64,000 bases of DNA from Thermoanaerobaculia bacterium (GCA_038239305.1 JBBSEW010000013.1:4245-68244), one strand, 5' to 3'; counted from the stretch's first letter, positions 8,183-18,606 are shown. The notes: generated from the sequence alone by a model not told the origin. A program made the numbers and translations.

Positions 8183-11100
8183 ATGACCGATTTCCGACAG
8201 GACGAGAGGAGGGGGCTCGGCCGGGCCTCCGACGAACGAGACGCCTGCGGCGTCGGATTCGTGGCCGAAACGAATGGAGCGCCGACGGGGCGCGTGCTTC
8301 CGCTCGCCCTCACGGCCCTGTCCCGGATGGCCCACCGGGGAGCCGTCGGACCGGATGGACGGACAGGGGACGGCGCCGGCGTCACGACCCAGGTCCCCCA
8401 TGCTCTATTCGCGGACGACCTCGGCGAGCGCGGGGGCCGCCTCCCCGAACCGGGATTCTACGGAACGGGGATGATCTTCCTGCCTCGGGACGAGGGACGG
8501 CGCCGGGTCAGCCGGAGGACGATCCACGAATCGCTCCAGCTCTCCGGAATGGAGGTGATCGGGTGGCGCAAAGTCCCCGTCCGGGACGGCGTCCTCGGAG
8601 ACGATGCCCGGCGCAGCGCCCCGATCGTGGCCCAGGTCTTCGTGTCTCGCCCGCCGGATATCGAGGGGGACGAATTCGAACGCCTCCTCTTCCTGTCGCG
8701 CAAGGAAATCGAGCGCAGACTCCGGCTCTTTCTCCCGGACGATTTCTCCGTCGTTTCCCTGTCCCACCGGACCATCGTTTACAAGGCCCTGGTGCGGGGG
8801 GTCGACCTCGCGCGTTTCTATCCGGATCTCGCGGATCCCGCTTTCGAGACGGCACTCGCCCTTTTCCATCAGCGGTACAGCACGAACACCGCGCCCTCGT
8901 GGTCGAGAGCGCAGCCCTTCCGGCTCATCGCCCACAACGGGGAGATCAACACGATCGCCGGCACCGCGCCCGTATGCTCGCCCGTGAGGCCGCGATCGAG
9001 ACCGAGGGCGGCGAGCTTGCGGCCCTCCTCCCCCTCCTCCAACGCGGGACGAGCGACTCCGCCAATCTCGACAACGCCGTCGAGCTCCTGATCCGAACCG
9101 GCCGGCCCCTTCCTCAGGCCTTTTCGATGCTCATGCCTCCCGCATGGGAAAAGGACCCGGAGATCCCTCCCGACGTCCGGGCATTCTTCGCGTACCACGC
9201 GGCCCGTCTCGAGCCGTGGGACGGCCCGGCCCTCGTCGTCTTCACGGACGGAAAAACAGTCGGCGCCGCGATGGACCGGAACGGGCTGAGGCCCGCGAGG
9301 ACGGTAGAGACGACCGACGGGCTCTTCCTTCTCGCGTCGGAGGCGGGCGTGGCCGACGTGGCCGAGGAATCCATCGCCGCGCGCGGCCGGCTCGGACCCG
9401 CCGATATTCTGGCCCTCGATCTCGAGAACGGGGAGCGGCTCGCGACTGCCGGGATCCGCCGGCGCCTCGCGGCGGCCGCCCCCTGGGCGCAATGGATGCG
9501 AGCTCGCCACGGGCTCCCGGATCATCGCGAGCCGGTGCGAAGCTTCGAAGCTCCGACTCCCGAGCGGCTGCGGGTCTGGAAGGCGTTCGGAGTCACCCGC
9601 GAGCAGGTGCGCGGCATCGTCCGGCCGATGGCGCTCGAAGGGCGCGAGCCCGTCGGATCGATGGGAGACGACACTCCGCTCGCGATCCTCTCCGAGCTCG
9701 ATCGGCCGCTTCCGTCCTACTTCAAACAGCGCTTTGCGCAGGTGACGAATCCGGCGATCGATCCGATCCGGGAATCCCTGGTCATGTCCCTCGATGTCCT
9801 GCTCGGGCCGGCCCGGAGCTTCCTTTCGGAGGACGGAGCCGAGCCGCCGCTGCTCTCCCTCGGGAGCCCGATCCTCCGGGACTCCGAGCTCCTCGCGCTC
9901 CAGAGGCAACCCGCAGGCGGAACGTACCGGGTCCTGGACACGACGTTCTCGACGTCCCCGGCTTCCGGGGGATTCCGCAAGTCCCTCGATCGCCTGGCCC
10001 ATGCGGCGGAGCGCGCCGCCGCGAGCGGGGCGTCGGTGCTGCTCCTGTCGGATCGCCCGGTTTCTCCTTCGAGGGCAGCGATCCCCGTTCTGCTCGCGGC
10101 GGCGGCCGTCCACCGGCGCCTCGTTTCGGCGGGCCTGCGGTTGCGCGTCGGGCTGATCGTCGAGACGGGAGCGGTACGGGACGAGCACGACGTCGCCTCG
10201 CTCCTCGCCTTCGGCGCCGACGCGGTCAACCCTTACCTCGCCCTCGAGATCGCGCGTTCGCTCGCATTCGAGGAACGGGCGACCCTGCCGGATCCGCGGG
10301 AGGCCGAGGCACGCCTCGTTTCCACTCTCGACCGCGGCCTGCAGAAGATCCTCGCGAAGATGGGAATCGCCACGCTTCGCTCCTACTCCGGGGGCCCTTT
10401 CTTCGAGGCGGTTGGCATCGCCGAAGAAGTCGTGAGCGATTTCTTCCCCGGAGCCGGGTGCCCGATCGGAGGCGCGGGCCTGGACGACATCGCGGCGACG
10501 GCCCTCCGGATCCACGCGGCCGCTTTCGACGAGGCCGCCTCCCAGGAGCTGGCGCAGGGAGGAGACTTCGGTTACCGGCGCGGGGGCGAGGCCCACGCGT
10601 TCACGCCCGAGATCGTTCGCAGCCTCCACGCCGTCGCTCGCGGGGGCGAGGCGATCGACTACGAGATCTACTCCGGCCGCATCGCGGCCCGAGATCCCAT
10701 CTCGATTCGGGACCTCCTCGATTTCGGCCTGCCCCGCGATGCGCCGCTTCCGCTGTCCGATGTCGAGCCCGTCGAATCCATCCGGCACCGCTTCATGACG
10801 GCAGCCATGTCGATCGGCGCGCTCGGTCCCGAGGCGCACGAGACGCTGGCCATCGCGATGAATCGGATCGGCGCCCGCAGCAACAGCGGCGAAGGCGGAG
10901 CCGATCCCGCACGGTTCTGGTCCCTGTTGCCCAACGGGGATTCCGCCAACGATCGGATCAAGCAGGTCGCGTCCGCGCGTTTCGGCGTCACCGCCGAATA
11001 CCTGGTCTCGGCGCAGGAGCTCCAGATCAAGATGGCTCAGGGCTCGAAGCCCGGAGAAGGAGGGCAGCTGCCGGGCGAGAAGGTCACCACGACGATCGCC

Positions 11101-12720
11101 CGCCTGCGCCGTTGCCGGCCCGGAGCGACACTGATCTCGCCGCCGCCCCACCACGACATCTACTCGATCGAGGACCTGGCGGAGCTGATCTACGTTCTCA
11201 AGCGGGTTCACCCGGGCGCGCGCGTGGGCGTGAAGCTCGTCGCGACCGCCGGGATCGGAACGATCGCCACCGGGGTCGCCAAGGCGCACGCCGATTCCAT
11301 CCTCATCAGCGGCCACGACGGCGGAACGGGGGCTTCCCCTCTCGGATCCATCAAGAACGCCGGAATTCCGTGGGAGCTCGGCCTGGCCGAAGCCCAGCAG
11401 GCGCTCGTGGAAAGCGGTCTGCGCCGGCGGGTCCGGCTGCAGGTGGACGGCGGGCTGAAGACCGGACGCGACGTCGTCGTCGCCGCGCTCCTCGGAGCCG
11501 AAGAGTTCGCCTTCGGATCCGCCGCCCTCGTGGCGATCGGCTGCGTCATGGCCCGGCAATGCCACGCCAACACGTGCCCCGTCGGAATTGCGACGCAGCG
11601 TCCCGAGCTGCGCGAGCGTTTCCGCGGAACGCCCCAGTCGATCATCCATCTCCTGACGGCGGTGGCGGGCGAGGTGCGGGAGATCCTCGCCGGGCTCGGG
11701 CTGAAGCGGCTGGAAGAGGCGGTGGGCCGGACGGAGCTTCTCGCCCTGCGTCCTCGCGAAAGCGGAGGGAGGGCCCCTTCGATCGACCTTTCCCGCGTCG
11801 TTCCGGGACCGCGGCCTGTCGCGGGCCCCCGGCGCTGCATGGATGAGAGGAACGATCCTCCCCGGACCGGCCACGACCTCGACGAGAAGGCTCTCGCGTT
11901 CCTCTCGTCGGAAACACCGCGACCGCTCCTCGAGTTTCCCATCACGAACGCGGACCGAGCGGTCGGAGCACGGATCGCCGGCGCCCTCGCATCCGCTCCC
12001 GGCCGTTCCAGGGCGCGAACGTCCGGAGCGAAGCTCCGCTTCCACGGAAGCGCCGGGCAGAGCTTCGGCGCATTCTGCGTGGACGGCATGGCGATGTCGC
12101 TCGAGGGGGAAGCCAACGATCACCTCGCCAAGGGGATGTCCGGCGGCTCGATCGCGGTCTTTCCCCGCGCTTGCGCCGCATTTCCCGGAAGCAGCACGGT
12201 GATCACGGGCAACGCCGCCCTCTACGGCGCGACGGGAGGAACGCTGTACGTCGCGGGCTCCGCCGGCGAGCGATTTGCGATCCGGAACAGCGGGGCTTCC
12301 GCGGTCGTCGAGGGTGTCGGCGACCACGCCTGCGAGTACATGACGGCCGGACGCGTCGTCATCCTCGGGAAATGGGGGCGAAATCTGGGAGCGGGAATGG
12401 CCGGCGGAACCGTCTATCTCTTCGACCCCGAGCGGCGCGCGGCGCGGACCGTGAACGGGGACATGGTCGAGGTGGCCGCGCTCTCGTCCCGGGACTCCGA
12501 AGAGCTCCGAGCCCTCGTCGAGGCCCACCGGAGCGCAACCGGAAGCGGCCGCGCCGCCGCGCTCCTGGAGAACTGGGGCGGACAGGCCGGCGATTTCCAG
12601 AAGATCGTTCCCCGGGCCGGGAAGCCGCAGGCGTTCCCGCAGCCGGCGGGGAATCGCGTCCGGGCGGGTCGTCCGATCGAGACGGCCATCCGCGCGACCC
12701 GGCCACCTCCGCCGGCCTGA
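8183..12720 (+). pseudogene. gltB: glutamate synthase large subunit, reading frame broken by an apparent 1-nt deletion near 8963 (true pseudogene or sequence error)
   Basis: The frame from ATG 8183 gives ..DACGVGFVAE..RLIAHNGEINTIAG and then nonsense to a stop at 9089-9091. The next frame continues ..RARMLAREAAIE..PPAWEKDPE..NPAIDPIRE..KMAQGSKPGEGGQLPG..SPPPHHDIYSIEDL..GHDGGTGASP..GDHACEYMT to 12720. Confidence 0.85.
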
Positions 12721-12739
12721 CGCTCTCCGATGCCGGCCG

Positions 12740-14044
12740 TCAGCCGCGGGACGTCGAGAGGATCCGCTCGACCTCTCCGACATCGGCGTCGATTTCGATC
12801 GCCCGGTTCGCTCCCGGCGGCGGCGGTTCCGTCTCCTGGTGGTAGGCGAGAATGCTTCCGGGGTCTTTCAGCATGTGGCCGGTCAGGATCGCGACGACGC
12901 GGGCGTCCGGGGCGATGACCCCTTCTCCGACGAGGCGGCGCACGCCGGCGACGGAAGCGGCGCTGGCCGGCTCGCAGCCGATCCCCGCCGCATCGACGAC
13001 CGCTTTGGCTTCCAGGATCTCCGCATCGGTGACGTCCGTGACCACCCCGCCGGTCGTCCGGATGGAGTCGACGCCCCGCTCGTAAGACGCCGGATCCCCG
13101 ATTCGGATCGCGGTAGCGACCGTCTCCGCGCGCACCCGATGCGGGCGCAGGAATCCCTCCCGGAAGCTGCGCGCGAACGGATTCGCGCCCTCGGCCTGAA
13201 TGGCCGCGAGCCTCGGCATCCGCGAGATCAGCCCGAGCTCGTGCGCCTGCCGCAACGCCTTGCCGAAGGCCGTGGTATTGCCGAGATTTCCGGCCGGGAA
13301 TGCAATCCAGTCGGGAGGCTCCCAGAACATCTGCTCGAGAGCTTCGAAAAGGATCGTCTTCTGACCCTCGATCCGGAACGGGTTGACCGAGTTCAGGAGA
13401 TAGACGCCGAGCTTGTCGCTCGCCTCCCGCACGAGAGCCAGGCAGGCATCGAAATCGCCGCGGACCACGAGCGTTCTCGCCCCGTACGCGAGAGTCTGGG
13501 CAAGCTTCCCGGCGGCGACCTGGCCGGCCGGAACGAACACGAGTGCGGGGATGCCCGCGAGCGCCGCATAGGACGCGAGCGACGCGGAGGTATTGCCCGT
13601 CGAGGCGCAGGCCACCGCCGAGGCGCCGATCCGTCGCGCGACCGTCATGCCGCACGTCATGCCGCGGTCCTTGAAGGAGCCCGTCGGGTTGTGGCCCTCG
13701 TGCTTCACGAGCAGCCCGGAAGCTCCGGCCCATCGAGCGATCGCAGGGCTCGAGGAGAGCGGCGTGTTCCCCTCGGGATGGCTGACTGCGTCGACCTCCG
13801 CACCGGGCAGCACGAGCTCGCGGTAGCGCCAGACTCCCGACGCATCGATGCCGATCCGGCGGGCGGTCCGCTCCGCGAAGAGCGCCGCGAGCGGAGCGCC
13901 CGTCAGCGCGGGCGGCGCGTGCCGCACGTCCAGCAACCCGCCGCACGACGTGCAGAGCGAGCCCGCGAACGAAGCGGCGAGCTCGAGCCCGCAGCGGGCG
14001 CAGACCTGCCAGGTCACACGACGGGAGCGATCCGGCTCGTTCAC
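12740..14044 (-). CDS. thrC: threonine synthase
   Basis: ..HEGHNPTGSFKDRGMT (PLP lysine motif)..ACASTGNTSAS.. GTG start preceded by GGAGGAAGAAAC and overlapping the thrB stop (GTGA). Confidence 0.85.
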   Translation of the reverse strand: MNEPDRSRRVTWQVCARCGLELAASFAGSLCTSCGGLLDVRHAPPALTGAPLAALFAERTARRIGIDASGVWRYRELVLPGAEVDAVSHPEGNTPLSSSPAIARWAGASGLLVKHEGHNPTGSFKDRGMTCGMTVARRIGASAVACASTGNTSASLASYAALAGIPALVFVPAGQVAAGKLAQTLAYGARTLVVRGDFDACLALVREASDKLGVYLLNSVNPFRIEGQKTILFEALEQMFWEPPDWIAFPAGNLGNTTAFGKALRQAHELGLISRMPRLAAIQAEGANPFARSFREGFLRPHRVRAETVATAIRIGDPASYERGVDSIRTTGGVVTDVTDAEILEAKAVVDAAGIGCEPASAASVAGVRRLVGEGVIAPDARVVAILTGHMLKDPGSILAYHQETEPPPPGANRAIEIDADVGEVERILSTSRG

Positions 14045-14997
14045 GTTTCTTCCTCCGAGAGAACCCGGGAGCCCTTCCGATCGATTCCTGCGAATCGATA
14101 TCGCGCTGTAACGCCCGCGCGGGCATAGGCGCCGACCATCGCGGACCCGATGCGCTCCGCCATCTCGCCCCCGATCGCGAGCGCGAACGCCGCCGGTCCG
14201 CTGCCAGAGATCGAGCATCCGAACGCGCCCGCGTCGAGCGCCGACGCCTTCGCCTCGAGAAATCCCGGGAGGTACGGCGCCCGTGCCGGCTCCGCGATCC
14301 GGTCGTTCAGCGATTTCCGCACTCTTTCGAAGTCCGCCGCCGCGAGAGCGGAGATCAGGCCGGCGAGCGATGCCGCCTGCGCCACGGCCACGTCCCGCGA
14401 AACCGTCGCGGGCAGCCTCGACCGACTCTCTCCGGTCGAAGCCCGCTGTTCCGGCTCCGCGAGCACGATGCCAAGCTCCGTCGGCCAGGACAGCGTCACG
14501 ATGTCGGGCGGATCGACGGAGGCGACGAGGATCAGGCCGCCGAAGAGGGCAGCGGCGACGTTGTCGGCGTGGCGGCCGGCGACGGACTCTTCCGCCTCCA
14601 GGCACGGCTCGAGGAGCTCGGCACGCGACAGGGGCGATCCGATCAGCGCGTTGGTCGCGACCGCCGCGGCCGCCGCCGACGCCGCGCTCCCGCCCTGTCC
14701 CCCCGATAGAGGCAAGCCCTTTCGCACCGTGAGCGCGACGCCTTCCTGCGCCGCCCCGGCCCGCCGGAGAACCGCGAGCGCCGCGATGCCCGCCGTATTG
14801 CGCGCGGCCTCGGTGGGAAGCTCGGGATGGCCCGCGGATCGGATGACCACGCTTACGCCCACGCTCAGGCCCACGCTCAGGCCCGCGCCCTCGGCATGCT
14901 CCGCCGTGACGACGTCGCCGGCTCCCTCGAGCGCGAGGCCGAGGATGTCGAAGCCCGGACCGAGGTTCGCGACGGTCCCGGGGGCGTAGGCGCGCAC
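14041..14997 (-). CDS. thrB: homoserine kinase
   Basis: VRAYAPGTVANLGPGFD..KGLPLSGGQGGSAASAAAA (GHMP kinase motif)..GAFGCSISGSGPA. GTG start at 14997. Confidence 0.8.
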   Translation of the reverse strand: MRAYAPGTVANLGPGFDILGLALEGAGDVVTAEHAEGAGLSVGLSVGVSVVIRSAGHPELPTEAARNTAGIAALAVLRRAGAAQEGVALTVRKGLPLSGGQGGSAASAAAAAVATNALIGSPLSRAELLEPCLEAEESVAGRHADNVAAALFGGLILVASVDPPDIVTLSWPTELGIVLAEPEQRASTGESRSRLPATVSRDVAVAQAASLAGLISALAAADFERVRKSLNDRIAEPARAPYLPGFLEAKASALDAGAFGCSISGSGPAAFALAIGGEMAERIGSAMVGAYARAGVTARYRFAGIDRKGSRVLSEEET

Positions 14998-15017
14998 GCC
15001 GCTCCCGCGAGAGGGCT

Positions 15018-17546
15018 TCAGACACCCGCCAGCGTCGCGATGTCGTTGAAGATTCCCCCCGCTGTGACCTCGAGTCCGGCGCCGGGGCCCTGCAGGACGA
15101 GAGGATTCGCACGGTAGCGGACCGTGGTGAAGGCGACCTGGTTGTCCGTTCCGGAGAGTCCGAAGAACGGCTGGCCCGGCGCCACTTCCACGAGGCCCAC
15201 GCGGATCCGCCGGCGCGTCACCGAGGCCACGTAACGCAGAACCCGATGACGCCGGCGCGCCCGGTCCGTTCGCCGCTCCCATTCCGGGTCGAAGCGCTCG
15301 AGCGACGCGAGAAAACGCGGCAGCGGCATGCGGCGCCCGGCGCGCGCGCCCGCGGGCACGAGAGAGGCGACCTCGACGTCGCCGGGCTCTCCGGCGAATC
15401 CGAGGAGGCGTCCGAGGATCAGGGCCTTCCGGCCCACGTCCGCCCCCGACAGGTCTTCGCGAGGATCGGGCTCGGCGTAACCGCGTGCGACCGCCGCACG
15501 AAGGCTCTCCGAGAACGCGCGGCCGCGTTCGAGCTCGCTGAAGAGGAACCCGAGAGTTCCCGAGAGGCAGCCCTCGACGCGGAGGATCCGGTCCCCGGAC
15601 TCGACGAGCTTGCGCCAGGTATCCAGGATGGGCAGCCCCGCCCCGACCGTCGCCTCGAAACGCAGGCGTCGCCCGGCCGATCGCACCGCTTCGTCGATCC
15701 GCCGGGACTCCGCGCGCGGGCCCGAGAGCGGGCGCTTGTTCGCGAGCACGAGATCGAATCCCCGCTTCGCGGCGTCCTCGAGAATCGAGTGGGTATCGGC
15801 CGCCGTCACGTCGACGAGGATCGGCCGGGAAAGCGCGTGGGCGGACACCCGGGCGATGGCGGCGGCCGCTCCGGATTCCGCTGTCTCCCCGCCCGCCGCT
15901 CGAGCGATCGACCCGTGCCTTTCCTTCGAACGAAGGAGCAGGGCAAGGGATCGCGGCGAGAATCCGCCGGAGCGAAACGCGACCCCCCGGCGGTCGATGA
16001 CGCCGACCAGCCGGACGCCCTGGACGACACGCCTCTGCGAGACCAGAATCCGGGCGAGCTCCTGTCCCACATGCCCGAACCCGAGCAAGACCACGTCGGC
16101 GCGGGCGTTCTCCGAGACGGACCCGCCCCCGATTTTCGACAGCTGCAGGGCGTCGTGAATTCGCCGCTGGGCCTCGCCCGCCTGTTCCGAGCGGACGACG
16201 AAGGAGATGTTGAGCTCCGAGGAGCCCTGCGCAATCGCCACCACGTTGATGCCCGCGGGAACGAGGGAGCCGAAAACACGCGCGGCGATTCCCGGCGTTC
16301 CCGCCATGCCGAGCCCGACGACCGAGATCGTGGCGAGGCTTCGGACCACGTCGATTCCATCGATTTCGCCGCGCGCAATCTCGTCGCCGAACGCTTCGAG
16401 GAGGCTCCGCCGCGCCGCGTCCGCCTGGGCGTCCGGAACGGACAGGCAGATCGAGTGCTCGGACGACGCCTGCGAGATGAGCGAGACCGAGATCTCCTCG
16501 CGATGCAGGGCTCCGAACGTACGGGCCGCGATCCCGGGAACCCCGAGCATGCCGTTTCCCGAAACGGTCACGAGCGCCTGGCCCGGCATCGCGGAAATCG
16601 CCCGCACCGGGAAACGCGACTGGGTCCGCCGGCGGGAGATTTCGGTTCCGGCGTTCTCGGGGCTTCCGAAGGGTCGAACGAAGACCGGTACCCGCCGGCC
16701 CGCGAGCGGGATGAGGGAGCGCGGCTGAAGAACTTTCGCCCCGTAGTACGAGAGCTCCGCCGCCTCCCGCACGTTCAGCTGCGGGATCACGCGCGCATCG
16801 GGGACGACGCGAGGATCTGCCGTCAGAAACCCCGGGACGTCTTTCCACAGGAGGACGGCGCGCGCGCCGAGAGCCCGGGCGAGCAGCGTGGCTGTGAGAT
16901 CCGAGCCTCCTCGCCCCAGGGTCACGACACGGCCGTCGGGGGCGGTGCCGAGAAAACCGGGAACGACCGGCACGACACCTCGAGACAGGAGCGGGCGAAG
17001 ATCGCGCCTCACGTTGCGATCGGTCCTGGCGAGATCCGGAAACGCCTGCCCCGGCTTGCCGACGGTGGCGATGAGCCCGACGGCGTCGACGAACCGCGAC
17101 GCGACCCGGCGCTCGGCCAGGCCGGCGGCGAACACGCGCGCCGCCAGCTGTTCCCCGCGCGCGACGAGGTGATCGAGGGCCCGCGGAGAAAGCTCTCGAA
17201 CGAACCTCGGAGCGAGCGCGAGGGCATCGAGCTCTCGAAACGAAAGCCCCACCTCGTCGAGAAGCGCCTTTCGGGCTCGCGCTTCCAAGACGACGGCGCG
17301 TGCAGCGGACCGGTAACGCTCTTCGAGAGCTTTCGCGGCCCGCGCCGCCTCGGATTCCTCGCCCGCGGCCAGAGACGCCGCCACACCGAGAAGCGCGTCG
17401 GTGACACCGGCGAGGGCCGACACGACGACCACGAGGGGTCGCGATGCCGATGCGACGAGGGAGACCGCGTGCGCGATCGCTTTCCCGTCGGCGAGAGATG
17501 CCCCTCCAAACTTGTATACGGTCGGAAGCCGGGATGGCGTGGACAC
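15018..17546 (-). CDS. thrA: bifunctional aspartokinase / homoserine dehydrogenase
   Basis: 842 aa. N-terminal VYKFGGASLADG kinase motif, ACT region, and C-terminal homoserine dehydrogenase (VVLLGFGHVGQE..). First gene of the thrABC order. Confidence 0.85.
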   Translation of the reverse strand: MSTPSRLPTVYKFGGASLADGKAIAHAVSLVASASRPLVVVVSALAGVTDALLGVAASLAAGEESEAARAAKALEERYRSAARAVVLEARARKALLDEVGLSFRELDALALAPRFVRELSPRALDHLVARGEQLAARVFAAGLAERRVASRFVDAVGLIATVGKPGQAFPDLARTDRNVRRDLRPLLSRGVVPVVPGFLGTAPDGRVVTLGRGGSDLTATLLARALGARAVLLWKDVPGFLTADPRVVPDARVIPQLNVREAAELSYYGAKVLQPRSLIPLAGRRVPVFVRPFGSPENAGTEISRRRTQSRFPVRAISAMPGQALVTVSGNGMLGVPGIAARTFGALHREEISVSLISQASSEHSICLSVPDAQADAARRSLLEAFGDEIARGEIDGIDVVRSLATISVVGLGMAGTPGIAARVFGSLVPAGINVVAIAQGSSELNISFVVRSEQAGEAQRRIHDALQLSKIGGGSVSENARADVVLLGFGHVGQELARILVSQRRVVQGVRLVGVIDRRGVAFRSGGFSPRSLALLLRSKERHGSIARAAGGETAESGAAAAIARVSAHALSRPILVDVTAADTHSILEDAAKRGFDLVLANKRPLSGPRAESRRIDEAVRSAGRRLRFEATVGAGLPILDTWRKLVESGDRILRVEGCLSGTLGFLFSELERGRAFSESLRAAVARGYAEPDPREDLSGADVGRKALILGRLLGFAGEPGDVEVASLVPAGARAGRRMPLPRFLASLERFDPEWERRTDRARRRHRVLRYVASVTRRRIRVGLVEVAPGQPFFGLSGTDNQVAFTTVRYRANPLVLQGPGAGLEVTAGGIFNDIATLAGV

Positions 17547-17555
17547 GGGACCCGG

Positions 17556-17561
17556 ATTATC
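17556..17561 (-). promoter_or_regulatory. candidate -10 box GATAAT, 9 nt upstream of the thrA GTG start (no Shine-Dalgarno in between)
   Basis: Minus strand reads ctctctgcGATAATccgggtcccGTG. Confidence 0.3.
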
Positions 17562-17584
17562 GCAGAGAGGACGGAGACGAGCCT

Positions 17585-17748
17585 CGCTGTCCGCTGTCTT
17601 CTGTCTGCTGTCGCGGGCTGCTTCCTTCTGCCCTCTGCCTTCTACCCGCTGTCCTCGGCCCGCTGTCCTCGGCCCGCTGTCAGCTGTCAGCTGTCAGCCG
17701 TCGGCTCTCGGCTCCCGGCTCCCGGCTCCCGGCTCGCAGCTCTCAGCC
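17585..17748. repeat. multi-block tandem word array (NNCTGTC x4; CCCGCTGTCCTCGG x2; CTGTCAG x3; CGGCTCC x4)
   Basis: Read directly. It fills the spacer between the tautomerase stop and the thrA start. Confidence 0.9.
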
Positions 17749-17752
17749 CGCT

Positions 17753-18148
17753 TTACGGGGCGGACTCCTTCGCATACGACGCCTCGCCGTTTCCGAAAGA
17801 CCAGTTCTCCTTCGGGACCTCGACGAGATTGACCAGGACGTCCTGCGGCCGGATCCCGGGGTCCTTCGCGAGATTGTCCGCGATGCGGCGGTAGAGCGCC
17901 CGCTTCTTCTCCAGCGAACGCCCCTGATTCAGGGTGATCTGGATCGCCAGGAATTCCTCGCTGCGCTCGATCCCGAGGTATCCGGAGTTGAAGACGAGAT
18001 CGCCGGGATCGTGCTGGCTCACGATCTGGAACCGATCGTCCGGCGGTGCGTCAATCGCCTCGACCATCGCGCGATGGATCGCATCCCCGACGGCGGCCCG
18101 ATAAGCCTCGGACTTCCCCTTCCGGACGGCGATGCGCACGAGCGGCAT
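17753..18148 (-). CDS. tautomerase-family protein (4-OT superfamily, long form)
   Basis: MPLVRIAV.. N-terminal Pro1 signature. ~131 aa with ..FQIVSQHDPGDLVF..LAIQITLNQGRS.. Confidence 0.6.
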   Translation of the reverse strand: MPLVRIAVRKGKSEAYRAAVGDAIHRAMVEAIDAPPDDRFQIVSQHDPGDLVFNSGYLGIERSEEFLAIQITLNQGRSLEKKRALYRRIADNLAKDPGIRPQDVLVNLVEVPKENWSFGNGEASYAKESAP

Positions 18149-18234
18149 GGCGTACTCCTTTCGGGGAACGCCACTCACGCGCTCCCGGAAGAGACAAACC
18201 TATGCCGCCGCGCCCGCCGAACTCAAGCGTCGAC

Positions 18235-18269
18235 AAGAAAATGAAAGGCGGAGCTTTCACTCCGCCTTT
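18235..18269 (-). terminator. rho-independent terminator after the small sigma54-driven gene
   Basis: Minus strand: AAAGGCGGA-gtgaaagc-TCCGCCTTT followed by cATTTTCTT. 9-bp perfect stem. Confidence 0.65.
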
Positions 18270-18270
18270 C

Positions 18271-18299
18271 CCGGCTGACCGCTGACGGCTGACAGCCGG
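18271..18299. repeat. GCTGAC word triplet forming a hairpin (CCGGCTG..CAGCCGG)
   Basis: Sequence reads ccggctgaccgctgacggctgacagccgg. Confidence 0.7.
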
Positions 18300-18310
18300 C
18301 GGGTCCGCCA

Positions 18311-18532
18311 TCAATCGAGCTGCTGTTCCAGCATGTCCCGATCGGCGTCCGCGATCCGGTACGAGTCCGCCGAAGACGCCGAAGGATTCTCGACGCGCGC
18401 CGCCGATCGGACCTCGGCAGCGGCCCGGGTCGAGACGCCTCCGAGAGAGAGCCAGGATCCGGCGACCACGACCAGCGCCACGACACCCCGGCCCACGACC
18501 CCGCGCTTTCCACCGGACACTCGAGTCTTCAT
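18311..18532 (-). CDS. small hypothetical exported/membrane-anchored protein (73 aa)
   Basis: MKTRVSGGKRGVVGRGVVALVVVAGSWLSLGG.. is a basic N-terminus plus a hydrophobic helix; the C-terminus is acidic. AAAGGGGGA RBS. Sigma54 promoter upstream and terminator downstream. Confidence 0.55.
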   Translation of the reverse strand: MKTRVSGGKRGVVGRGVVALVVVAGSWLSLGGVSTRAAAEVRSAARVENPSASSADSYRIADADRDMLEQQLD

Positions 18533-18562
18533 GATGTCCCCCTTTCGTCTGCACGAGAGAGG

Positions 18563-18578
18563 AGCAATCGAAGCGCCA
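18563..18578 (-). promoter_or_regulatory. sigma54 (-24/-12) promoter
   Basis: Minus strand TGGCGC-ttcga-TTGCT versus consensus TGGCAC-N5-TTGCW. It ends 30 nt upstream of the ATG at 18532. Confidence 0.6.
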
Positions 18579-18606
18579 CGGCGCTGGGGAAAGTCGGCCA
18601 TGGCCT

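Noticed and set aside
6310-8960. 5' 880 codons of the 2136-aa plus-strand track ORF (6310-12720)
   Set aside because: This part is antisense to aguB and the LysR gene, translates to Arg/Pro/Gly-rich low-complexity sequence, and has no recognisable domains. Only the portion from about 8962 onward is gltB. It is a shadow ORF typical of GC-rich DNA.
8869-12783. 1304-aa minus-strand ORF
   Set aside because: It is antisense to gltB. It is Arg/Gly/Asp/Pro-rich with no motifs, whereas the plus strand carries unmistakable GltB motifs.
17585-17748. Tandem arrays as CRISPR arrays
   Set aside because: Units are 6-14 nt and directly abutting with no unique spacers. No cas genes are present and no 25-40 nt repeat periodicity is seen.
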